DNA of 64,000 nt. Source: Trichoplax adhaerens. Its lineage: Eukaryota; Animalia; Placozoa. The position numbers were made by a program, and so were the translations under genes. Every line of letters begins with the position of its first letter. Positions within the stretch are counted from its first letter, which is position 1. Below the pieces are notes generated by a model, which was not told where the DNA came from, did no database searches, and saw only the letters and a list, made by a program, of their open reading frames with translations. The DNA lies in NCBI RefSeq assembly GCF_000150275.1, contig NW_002060945.1:4327397-4391396 (forward strand). Reading direction: 5' to 3'. Shown piece after piece: positions 27,462 to 40,900 of the stretch.

Positions 27462-29954
27462 ATGAGAGAAATTGTTCATGTTCAAGTTGGTCAATGTGGG
27501 AACCAAATGGGTTCCAAGGTGAGATGAAGCTAGCTAGTCTAGTGACATTTTCATAGGGCTATGAATATTGTTGTAAAACCTGTTGAAAATAGTTTTCCAA
27601 CTGTTCAAAGTCATGCCACATCGAGTTACTCAATCTATTTTTGCCCATTTGAAAGCAGATATCGGAATAATTGCCAATTTGCAATAGCTTACACTGGCTC
27701 TTTTTCTATCATTTTGATTTGATGTTACCGTAACCATTTCTCCTTTCAATTTATTACAGTTCTGGGAAATTATATCCGATGAACACGGCTTAGACAATGA
27801 GGGTAACTTTACCCTAACTGATAGTAAGAATGATATGCGTCTGGAAAGGATCAACGTCTACTTCAATGAAGCCTCGGGTACGACTTGCTATTGGCAACTT
27901 GTTATATTTACTGTAGAAAAATCCAATTTTTTCATATGTTGATTATTTTCAATTCTCTTGAGATGGATTCAAGATTTCTTAAACGAATTCCCTTTTATTT
28001 TATTGATATACGATTGAATTGTAGGTGGAAAATACGTTCCAAGATCAGTCTTAGTTGACTTAGAGCCGGGGACAATGGATGCTATACGATCCTCCGCATA
28101 TGGTCGACTTTTTCGTCCTGACAACTTTGTATACGGTAGGTATTGATTTGCCAATCTCGGACAGTGCGCAGACGGTGCTATACTGTATAGTTCAGCACCA
28201 AAAAAACAGTATAATTTAGTTATGATTAAGCTCGGTACGTTCAGTAGGAGCACTTGGACAAAAAATTCCTTGCACAAGCACCTACCATACGGCACTGGCC
28301 TACAAAGCTTGAGATATAATTGATTAAAATGTTTTATATTCGATCTAGCCTATTAATGGTGCACCAATACCGATTGTACCTATACACTACATCAGATACA
28401 CGTATCAAGTATGTTTCCTAATCTTTGCTTAATAATTTGCCTTATCAATCAACCCCATTCTAGGTCAAGCCGGAGCTGGTAACAACTGGGCTAAAGGACA
28501 CTACACCGAAGGTGCTGAACTTGTGGATTCAGCTTTAGATGTAATAAGAAAAGAAGCAGAAGGTTGTGACTTTTTACAAGGCTTCCAACTGACTCATTCA
28601 TTGGGCGGTGGAACCGGCTCAGGTAATGATTGCACATACTCTATAGTCAATCAAACAATCAATAATGTGTTATAATGAATCGATTCATCCAGTGGCAATA
28701 ATTCGCTTTTTGACGCTTATGCAATTTTACGCTGCAGTATATCGGTAGCACTGTAATATAGCAATGTTGAGTCAGCCTTTTATCACGCGGTGATGTGCAT
28801 CATACACTTTTAAGAGCCTTGTTTTGCATCGTAGGTATGGGCACCCTTTTAATCTCGAAAATTCGAGAGGAATATCCAGATAGGATTATGACATCATTTA
28901 GCGTGGTTCCTTCCCCGAAGGTCTCTAATACCATAGTTGAACCTTATAACGCTACACTTTCGGTGCATCAATTAGTAGAAAATACTGACGAAACGTTCTG
29001 CATCGATAACGAAGCTTTGTATGACATTTGCTTCCGTACGCTTAAATTGAGCAATCCCAGCTATACAGACCTTAACCATTTGGTATCCTATACCATGAGC
29101 GGAGTCACGACATGCTTACGTTTCCCTGGTCAGGTATGGTATTAATATAAATAGAATATTTATAAAGCTATTATTTGCATGCTATAATTCTTTTTCTTGA
29201 CTGAATATTGTTTGCTGCAAGATGTATTAACAGTAAGAGTAATTTAAAATAAATTTTTTTATTCTGGCTCTAACAGTTAAATGCAGACTTGCGTAAATTA
29301 GCTGTTAATATGGTTCCATTCCCACGTCTACATTTCTTCATGCCTGGTTTTGCGCCATTGATTAGTGCGAAGACACAGAATTATCTTGCCTTAACTGTCG
29401 CTGAATTAACTCAACAAATGTTCGATAATCGTAATATGATGGTAGCTTGTGATCCACGACATGGTCGCTATTTAACTGTTGCGACGATATTCCGTGGTAA
29501 AATGCCTATGAAAGACGTCGACGATCAAATTTTCAACATCCAAAATCGCAATAGCGCATACTTCGTTGAATGGATTCCAAACAATATTAAAACAGCTGTC
29601 TGTGATATTCCTCCACGTAATATGAAGATGGCCGGTACCTTTATTGGAAATAGCACAGCGATACAAGAACTTTTCAAGAGAATCAGCGAACAGTTTAGTG
29701 TCATGTTCCGTCGTAAAGCTTTCCTTCATGGATACACCAGTGAAGGAATGGACGAAATGGAATTTACAGAGGTACGGCCGCAATATTGCTGAAACAGTAT
29801 GATAAAAGACTAATTTTAAGTTAATTTACTGAAATTATAGGCCGAGTCGAACGTGAATGATTTAGTTTCGGAATACCAGCAATATCAAGACGCTACAGCC
29901 GAAAACGATATGGATGAGGATGATGAAGAAGAAGAAGAAGGAGACGAAGAGTAA
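27462..29954 (+). CDS. TUBB: Divergent beta-tubulin, 8 exons (27462-27518, 27760-27877, 28025-28135, 28464-28622, 28835-29133, 29277-29771, 29841-29954 listed; seven resolved segments)
   Basis: [15 protein letters not shown] start, GGGTGSG signature, [28 protein letters not shown] and acidic tail [22 protein letters not shown]. The listed segments join in frame at GT-AG introns. Confidence 0.97.
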
Positions 29955-31913
29955 ATGATTTCCATAAATTGCACGGATGGTAGCAAGGAAAAGATTAATT
30001 CACTAAAATTGAATTGTATGGACATCTCCTTGTGCCTGTATTCTACTATGGTTTTGTATCCTGGTTGCAATTAAGTTTACGAAACGTACAAAGTACCAAT
30101 TGAGTAATTAGAAAAGTCTTAAAAAGTCATTAAGTTAAATAGTTTACACTAGTAGATTCGTATTAACAGACTCAAGATGCGTATTTGGTGTAAACCTTTT
30201 TGTCTGTAGTGCAACTAACTAATTTATATGTACGGTAATTTGGTAATTGCTATTCTAGTAGTTCTGATTTTGTGCTTCGTTTTAAATTAACCTTGATATC
30301 TGTATTTGACTTTTTAAGTTAATAACTGATAGGCTCTTCTACGATAATACATCTCTTATAAATTTGCCTACCAGTATTATTCATTAAACGTACCTGATGT
30401 TGTGTAAGTTATATACCATGTATAATTCTGTGACGTCAACTAATGAAACAGGAGGTCTTATGAAGGAATGATGCTTTGCATCATTTTACAGTTTTATGTG
30501 AGTAACAGTTTAAATGCGTCATCGCCATTATGAATGCCTCCAAGCACTATTTAAGTAATATTTCGTATGATCTTTAATTAATTTGTTGGTCGAGAGATTT
30601 GTTGCCGAGTCTAATGGTAAATGCCTAAGGTTTTATTTGTTTTGCCTGAACTCGTAGTTCAGTAATGCCCCTCTCATGCACGTTAAATTAATAATATATG
30701 ATTATGTACTAGCTTTGCTAAGGTAGTCTACACTCATACCTTCGATAAGTTGGGTCTCACTTTCGTACAGGTATTGAACGGATTTAGCAAACGATTAAAT
30801 ATTTATTTACTTTATATAAATGTATGTGCTATTTTCTCATGCGTTGTAATAAATAAATATCTAGTGCTCACATTTATTGTCGTTCAACGGTATGCTGACT
30901 GAACACTTGAGTTTGTAGTCTGTCAACTATAGTGGCAATAGCGACCGCTAAATAATCGTTGATTACTACATGATCTGAGTATATTAAATCATCGAAACAA
31001 GAAGGAAGATTACAGTCTCGGTAAAATGAGTTGTGAATAATAATTAATATAATAAAATAATGCACAGTAGTATAATTTGTAATCCGACGTATAGTACTCT
31101 CGTAGGAAGCCGTGTGTTTTCGAGCTCACTAGACCAAACTTGTAATCAAAACTATGAAATTTAGTGCAGTAGTCTACCTAGAGGCATAAGTTGGACCCTC
31201 AGGGAAATACCTTCAAAAATGTATTATCAGCGCATCTATGGTTCAAACGTTAAATGACAGAAATTCGGGTAGGTAGATCTAGCCGGTTCTACACCATGAC
31301 TCGCTGTACTGCAGCTATAGTCAGTGTGTATATAGACATTTTACACAGTACTATGGTAATAGTAAGTCTATACTTACATGCAGATATTTTTATTATCAAT
31401 GATTATTTTTATTTTGGCTATTATGAATAAATAATTATGATAGTTCATGTTCTGTATACGTAATCCATTTGCAAATCGCAAGTTAAAGCCAAGCTAAAAT
31501 AATAATATTGCCATATACAGTCATACTGTAGAAGAGACTGGTGAGAATTGTACTGTACACCAACATTTCATACTTCTACTTACAGGTACTGTACCGACCG
31601 TATGGGCTGATTGCTGCTGTATAGTCCATTTACTAAATGGCATACGGTAAGAGTCTACTACTCCAGTCAGTTATTCACTTTTCATACTGTACACTGTTGG
31701 TGCGATAGTGTAGAAACGACTCGACGAAGAACGGTACAGAATTGGATTTTCAACTGCTCTACTTGTAGCCTTGTCAACATGAAGTTAAGGCCCAGATCCT
31801 AAAGAAGAAGAAGAAGTTCAGTAGTTTACCATAGCATTCAATCATCGACCTTGCTATATCGAAATCTACGACAAATTAACTGAAATGTGGAATGGAAAAA
31901 CAAATCTGAAAAC

Positions 31914-34900
31914 ATGAATACAAGGTCTAAATCCAACTATCAATCGCTAGAACTACCACCAGAGCTTGAACCCAAAAATAGACTTGCACTGAATTCACTA
32001 TGGAAATCATTTATCAAAGCCACCGTTGGAGAGAGCGAGACAGGCAATGCTCTATCCCCTCATCATGGAGAAGGAAGTGAAACTGTCGAACGTAATAATA
32101 TTGAGTATCTTTTGATGTCTTCTATATCTTAGTGGATCGATACAATCCGTAATGAGTGAGAGTGTTTCTCATTTCTTAAGTTCTATGTTGATATCATCTT
32201 ATACTCTCTTTACAGAAAATACTAATGAACGTAATCCAAGTGCAGCAATAGAAAGTAATTCCAGTAATGAGATACAAGTGAGAAGCGGTCGTGATGCTTT
32301 AACTGCAATGCTAACCGAGCGAGACACTAGGAGCAAGAATTTAAGTGAAACCCTACGCTTTATTCACTTGTGTATCAACCAAGACTATAATAAATATAAA
32401 ATTCCAGAGACAGACCAAATTATTGTTATGCCTAGCTATAAACACAGCAGTTATGTCTCAATACCTAAATCCAAGCCACTTCAATTACCTGAAGATCAGC
32501 AAAGCACTCGCGTCGGAATCTTGCCCACAAGTACTAATCGTTTGCCCTCATCCCTGCACATCAACAATGGTATACTCTTCATAGATTTTAACCTACATCT
32601 ATTAAGACAATTCTCTTAATCGTCTCAATCTGACTACATGTACGTCGTGCAATATATTAAGATCGCACTATTGAACTGATGCATCCAACATCACTTTTTG
32701 TACGCATAATTTTAGAATCGGAAAGAACGTTAGTTTCAAAGCCTTCGTATGATCAGATCGCTAACAAAGTAAAGATAGAACCGGCATCAAGCCGTACTAG
32801 AATGCCGCTGTCTGATGATGACAAGACTACGAGATCAGTGATAATTCAACCCATGGAAGACAACAAACATGATAATACAGCAATTCACCAAAAGTTACCA
32901 AGTAAAGTATCGTCTACACCTTCAGCCCCAAAAGATGTAAGTTAATGATGGAGTATTATGTTGCTATAACTTCCTTAGTAATAAATCGATAAATGATCAG
33001 TCTTCTTGAAATCATGCCTCTATCGTTACTTTTTTTATTCTACCCAAGCCAATTGTAGTATCCTATAGTAAAGATTATATATATAAAGATAATAATAATA
33101 TTATGTATTGCTAATGAAGTGAAATCATGATATATCATTGCTACCGAAACTAGACGTTAAGTAGTAAACATAAAATGAAATAAAAGTGCAGTCAAGAGAA
33201 CTTTAAGAAAGCTATCTGCGTCCATAACCTTAGTGAGAAATAGTAACTACAGTACTTCTTTAATATGTGCTTACCCTTTTATAATTGTACTTAGGTCTCA
33301 AAACAGCATTGGATGCCCGATGAAAAATGTACTGAATGTTATGAGTGTGGCCAAAAGTTTACAATCTTACGCCGTCGCCATCACTGTCGATGCTGTGGAA
33401 GGATATTCTGTAGCACATGCTGTAGAATCCGTATACAAGGATCACTGCTTGCTTTTACATTTGGTATCGATGCTGACGGTATGGTCAGAGTTTGCCATCA
33501 TTGTAAACAACAAGTTGATAGCCAAATGAACGCGAAGTCTATATCAACATCTGGTATCGTGACTCCCGAAAAACTAGATTCTCAACTAACAGATGAAACA
33601 GTAAATTTATCAGCCAGAAAAGCTTCTTTCCATAAAAATGGTAGGTTGGACTTTTTTATCATTTGATCAATTTTACATCTTTCTAGGCTAAGGCAATCAA
33701 CTGCAATCTTATCAATTAATCTGTTATTTTATCTTTTCAATCTTGTTAAAATCTAAAGCGATCAAATAAGAAATAATTCATTATACTATTTATAACATAA
33801 TCACTGTAATTATCTATCTCTTATCATCCTTAATACAACTTATAGCTAATACAGAAGATACTGCATTCTTACCACTTACCGCTACCATGATCAAAAGCTT
33901 ACTACGATCGGGCTTTAACGATGCAAATGATAAAAATGCCTCTGATAACGTGATAGCAATCAGAAAGGTTTTGTAGAATTACTCGTTTCTTCTGTTTTAC
34001 AATAACGAAAATCATTTGTACATTATTTAATACTTATATCTCTCTAAATTTTATTTTATTACAATACCTTAGTTACAGCATATCGCCTCTGAAATGTGCC
34101 GTAAGATCGACTTAATAGCAAATACATCCAATAACCATAATTCATCGCCATCCGATACAATCATTTCTGGTTATCAAATTTCCTCCTGGTTGTTATCACA
34201 TAGTCATGCAATCGATAGGTTAGATATATATTATCGAGAAAGACCAATTAGAAATGTGATTTCATTCACTACTGAAAACTTTCCAAGCTTAGTCATTATA
34301 ATGGCAGAATACCTTCTCTACCTATTTATACCGATATTGTTATACCGTACGTGTATATTAGGTCACAAGCAGCAAGTATAGGACAAGCTTTGGTTACCAT
34401 TGGCTTTCTCTTTAGTCTTACTCGAGAATCAAATGAGTTTACTGATACGAAAGATAGTAGATTTGTTATCAATGAGGTTAGGTATCTTCAGTTTTAACTG
34501 TTCTAATTTAAATTGGATTTAGTGATTACGTATTGTTATCGTCATACAGAAATATAGCTTGGATGAGTCATCCCTATCAAACGATCCGAAAAAGCTTACA
34601 AAAGAAATCCAGTCAAAGAGTTTTGATTGCACTTTTATCAGTGATAGTAGTGATACAGATGGTATTTATGCTATCTTTCGTGTCATATATGCAACATATA
34701 ACTCTTAGATATGTGTATTCACACAGACCTTATCATTTTCTTTGGACTCAGAATCTTTTAGTTCAAGCGATGCCTGGGATCCAGATAACTCCGTTACAAA
34801 TCTGACCGATAAGAAAAATCAATTCCTTCTTTCTAATATTGCCCCAGCTCAAAGTAATTCCGTTTTGCGTATCTAACATGAACAAACTGCGTACTTTTAG

Positions 34901-37900
34901 TACCCTTTTATTAAAGCTGTCGAGTTATTTTCAGGCAATGAAAGTAATAATGAAATAAACGTTAGAGAGACTGCGCCGGAAACTAAACCTTCAGAAGGAA
35001 TAATCAACTTTAAAAGTACTATGGGTGCTACTAACAGAACGAAGAGGATAGCATTAGAAAACATGAACATGAACGAGCAGTTCCAGTAATATTAATTTAT
35101 CTAATTATCAATAGTTTAATATTCAAGCAATAAAATATTAAGTTTTAATGATATAACAGGAAGCTACGCCGAGAAAGTGCTGTAAGAATATATGATCAAT
35201 TGATGGCCAGTGAAAACCTAGATAGTAAATGGAAAGAAATTTTATTATCAATTACTTATGAAATTGTAGAATCTGTAAGTTATTATGCTATACGAATAAA
35301 CGAGTTTTTAGGGTCATACGCCACTAAGTATAACAACATAGTTATTCCCTGTAAATATCTAATAACTGCAATAATTTTTAAATTAATAGGTCCGCCCAGA
35401 CGTAGAAAAAAGGGATAAAATGGATATTAGACAATACGTTAAAGTTAAAAAGGTACGCCTATATTTGGCAACTTAAATTATCGCTTGAATTAATTTTAAT
35501 AAAAATTTTGAAGGTTCCGGGAGGACTCCCTTCAAACACCCGTGTAATATACGGCACAGCTTGTTCGAAGGATATTGCCCATAAGCATGTAAATCAAACG
35601 TAGTAAGATAAAGCAGAGCAGTGCCAAGTTATTCACGATATTTTCAATTTTGAACTAATTTAAAGTAACAAAATGTACGCAATAAAATTTGTAGTAAATA
35701 TCTAAGAATTCAAGATAGATTTCCAACAAACTTAAGATTTTACTGTCTATTACCTAGTTCAATTCTTAACGAATATGTTACGAACTAAGATCTATTTTTA
35801 ATAAATGTGTAGATGAAGAATCGAATAGAAAATCCTACTATCCTTTTGCTTAATTGCGCTTTAGAGTTTCAGGTTAACTTGGTTTTAGATCTAAGTTTAT
35901 CAATAAAATAATGGAAAGTTATCTCTAAATTTTACATTGCTTTATTGCATTTGCTTATAAGTCACTAAAATGTTGCTTATTAATTAAACAAACCATTGTC
36001 AAATTTCACGATAGAGAGCGCAAAATAAATACTGCAGCTTACAGTCTGTAACAATGCAGGTAATTTTTATAAGAGACGGTTTTTATTATACCTTGTATGA
36101 ATACAGAAGAACTGCAAACAGTACCAATGATTATACTAACACATTTTATTTATGTTGATAGGAAGAAGAATACTTACAAAATGTTGTAAAGAAAATTACC
36201 TCATGGTCTCCAGACCTTATTATTGTAGAAAAGACAGTATCACAATTGGCATTGCAATATCTTTTACAAGCAGGAATAACTTTAATGCGCGTTATGAAAA
36301 GTGTACATATAGCATCAGTGATTATACTCATGAGCGTTAACGCTTGAAAAAGTTTCATGTCCATTATTTTGTAAATATTTCTTCATTTTATAGGATGTTA
36401 TGCTACGAATAGTACGGAGCTGTCGTGGTGATGTGATTAACTCACTCGAACAAGTCACTCGACCTAGACTTGGGGGTTGTGCACTGTTCGCAGTATATTC
36501 GTACAATCTACCGAATGGTGTGTGTTTGATATCCATCGTTATTTTATCTTACTCAGAGGTTGAAAAAACATAGCTGAGAATTTGTACACGTTATCAATGA
36601 TAGGTGGCGTAAAAACAATCACCCAGTTTGAGGGATGTAATCCAGAATTCGGTTGCTCCGTTATACTCCGCGGCGATACTAATACTGAATTAGCAAAGGT
36701 TATTGCATATAGAAATGTGATATAATGTATATTGCGTGAATTAATAGAGTACGGTAATACAGCACACAAATATTACGATACTATACTATTGCAATTACAG
36801 TAAGCAATTAGCTGATATCAAATTTTAAATTTAAATGTCCTTTATTAGGTAAAACGTGTATTACGCTTCATGATATATGCTTATCATCATCTTAAGTTGG
36901 AAAGTAGCTTATTAATAGATTATTCCGTGGATTGTAAATCTTCATCATTATGGGAAGTTACTACTAATAATCCTTCTAAATCAACGGACGATATTGAGAA
37001 GAAGTCGAACGACGAAACGAAAGCTGTGTTAGAAAATGAAAATGAATCATCTATTGCAGACGACTCAATTACTAATGACCTATTGCTGAACGACAAAGTT
37101 GTCTACGCTTTTAATAACGTTATAACTTCAGTGTCTATGTTTAAAACATTTCATATTCCATATATTTTAACTCATACCGGAAACAATTCTCCAGTCCGTA
37201 ATTATTTAATTCCCAATATTTACTTATCGAAATACTTCTATCGAGATTGTCGATTTCCTGAAGAAAAGCAAGAAGAGGATAAAATGGATCCCGATTACTT
37301 AATAAAATTTGCCTATAGGGAAACCCATGCAAATAATGAACACCATTCCTTTAAACCTTCCGGAACCGTCTTACTTCCCCGTCACGAGTTCATAACAGAT
37401 GCTTCCATCTTGCATAGCAATGAATCATCATTGCAGAAAAGCCTGGTATGTTTCCGCTCTTATGGTGGAAGGATATATAGTGTATGGTCTCCTGCAACGC
37501 AAGACGGCCGTAATAAATCTGATTCGGAATGTGTGTCATTTGGTCAGCAAAAGGTACTTTATTATATATAACTGTCTTATAAAGGATCTTATAAATTCTG
37601 CATCTAATTTAATGCTGCAATCTTAAAATGATGAAATGCATCCTGACGTTATTACACGTAGATTGATTGCCTTGATATTTATCGTCATCAACAAATAACT
37701 GTACTTTACTCCCGTACATCAAAAATAAGCAGTGGTACAAGCAAGTGTGTTAGCCACTAGTAAGTGTAAAAATGAATATCTTAGGATTATATAATCTTTG
37801 GTATCCGAATTATATTTGTTTAAACTAATTTCTAATCAAACTTTATACAATAACTAGCATAAAGTGTATCGATTTTTATAGCGGGAACGACATACCCTTA

Positions 37901-40900
37901 GGATTGTTTCTTCAAATACACTGTTTCAGGTAAGCAATGAGCTGTGCTTTGTACGAGCCTTGAATCAATAAAAATTTATACAAATGACTAAAATAATTAA
38001 CATATAACTTGCAAAATGTTTACATGAAATGGAAAATGAAATCAACCGCTATTGTTTTATTTTGTAGTAATCAGAGGTGTTTCATAGATAACTGCGAATT
38101 ATCAGCTAAGGATCACGTTGAACAATATACACATAATAATGGCACTGTCAGTATCTTCATCCAGAATATACCAGAGGAAGAAACTTCTGGCGATGAGTTA
38201 GAAGATTTTATAACATCGTGGAATTTCTGTAAAATTTGTAAAAAGGTTAAGATGCAATGAAGTCTAATAAATTATGATTTACCTTATTAATCCTTAGATA
38301 CGTTTATATACGTTGTATTTTTTACGCTTACATGTTTTCAAAGGTTACGCCAGTTATACCATTGTCACCAGACTCTTGGGCAATTTCGTTTGGGAAATTT
38401 TTAGAATTTTTTTTCTATGCAAATATAAAAAAGCATGTTGGTTTCACCAGTGCCTGCTCTCATCTGCTATTTAGAGATCATTACCATTACTTCCGACTTG
38501 GGAACATAGTTGCTTTCTTCGAGTACTTTAAAAAAATACTATATTCTTCGATTTTATTATATGAAAGTGTAACAGAAGTTCTCCTGTTCGTTTTAAGATT
38601 TACAGAGATCGACGTAATGCAGCTATGTCCTCCTGCCATGATGATTGAAATCGTAATTGGATCCGAGAGCATATACCGGCTTGAAGTAGAGATTGCAGCC
38701 ACCGTCTCTCGGTAAATAGTGGCTTGATTTTACTTGAAGACCATCCTAATACAAATGAATCATTATTACCCCTCAGTGGTCTTATAAACATGACACTAAT
38801 TACATTCTATTTCAATTTTTGAAACAGCGGTAAAAAATTTTTTGCTTCAATTTATGACAAGCTAACCATCTTTATGAAGGTTATGAACAAGCAAATACAT
38901 AAATCTATAGAAGATTTAAAAGTAAGAAGTTGTAAAGCTATTCGTTAATATATTACTTATCTGCGATACCAATACCATTTGTAATCTGCATCTGATAATG
39001 ATGTTTTGATATAATTGAACTAGATCAATCGTGATAAATTCAAAAATAGAGTTAAAGAACTAGAGATTGCATTTGAATTGTGCAAGGATTCATACAAAGC
39101 AAAAACCAATACATGGTCGCCAGAATTCTGTTACGCAGCCCAAGATCTTGTAGTTGATCTACAGCAGAACCTTAACGTTACTTATCAATTATGGAAGGAA
39201 AGGTAGTACTTACATATAGCTACAATAACAAGTTAACCTAAGCTATGAAATACTTTGTAAAACAGAATTTGGTCACAAATAAAAAAATTGCGACTGATAC
39301 AGATTTGAAGAACTCATTAATGGATTAGAGAAACTACCAAATAATAAAACGATAAAAAGGAAGAACGAAAATATAAGATCGAGTGTTAAGATTTCTCAGC
39401 TATCGAATTACTCGGTAAGGTTTCCATTATTCTTATTATAAAGATTGCTAGCTGCTAATTAATTTCCTTTACTTTGTTAGAATACAGATAAGGATTTTAG
39501 ATCTAGAGTCAACACATTATCAACAGTAAAATCTGCAGCCGACTTTCGCGATCATGTTCAATCCGAAAAATCATTTATGACTAATGAAACCCCCTATATG
39601 GTAAAAAGCGGTCCAAGTAAACTATCAATCAACCTGAATAGAAGCTTATCACTGCCAGATATAACAAAGCTAGAATCTAATGATAAATGTTCAAATTTTA
39701 AAATTGCTTCTAACGGTGATTTGAATGACATCGTGCATTCGTGTAGCATAGAATGTATATGTTGTAATCCTTCACAATCTATTGATGTAAACGAAAATCA
39801 AGAGACTAGTCCCTTTACAGAAGACTGCGTAGACTTCAGGCCAGAAATTGAGTTTGATTTCGATAAGGATAGCAGTGACAACTCTATACCATTTACGAGC
39901 CAGCAACTGGAGAGTTCTGTGCAATCATCACGGAAGGACAATTGTATGTTTATCGTAACTTTTATGTCAGTATCATACAATATATAGTCTTATGTAAAAT
40001 CATTTACTACATATCTGATCAAATTATCTTATTCTATAATATTCTTAGGATTTGTAAAAGTTTTTACATACAAATGTACTGTATTTGTTTACTCATGTAA
40101 TCAATCATTTTATTACTCTTTACAGATGACGAATTGGATGAAAAACAAACTCAATCGTTAGATGTCAATCAATCCGTCGAAATAAAGAAAGGAATTTCGG
40201 CAAATGCTATTAGATTGCAAATGCATTTGAATCCTCCTGTGTAAAAAACTACAAATGCTTTCATGTTTTTGTTATATGCTAAACCTGATATTATCAATAA
40301 TAATATAATTTTATTACACTGCTATTTTTTGGTTGATATGCTAAGTACCGTTCATCAACACTTTTTGTCATCAACTGATGAAATAATATCCCTGGTAATA
40401 TATGACAACGAACCTAGCACTTTCATTGCCTATACATTGAGGTAAATGTAAGCAGTATGTGAATTTACGACTTTATTTTATAAAGTTAATGTGATCAGAA
40501 TGAAAATAGCAGGCTTGTATTATTCAGCTCTGAAGACTACCGTCGTAAGATGGTTGAGTTACTTGATATTATGAGGCAGAATAGTGAAAATGAAGTTGTT
40601 TCAAGGTATCATTATCAATACATAATGTTAATAGTTCCTGTAACATTACTTGATTTCATTTATTTGCATGTAGTACGTATTTTGTTATATCTAATGATAA
40701 TTATAATTAATGATCTACTGCTAGTATAATTTATTAATATTCATTAATAGTTATAAACCTCAAGAATCTATTGAAGAATGTATTAAAGACTACGTCCAAG
40801 TTGTAGAGGCTGATGGTATATCTCAACATGTTATCACCGAAGTGATTAATTTACTTATCCGTTGGAATACTTAAGAGATAAATATTGTTTACTTTCAACA

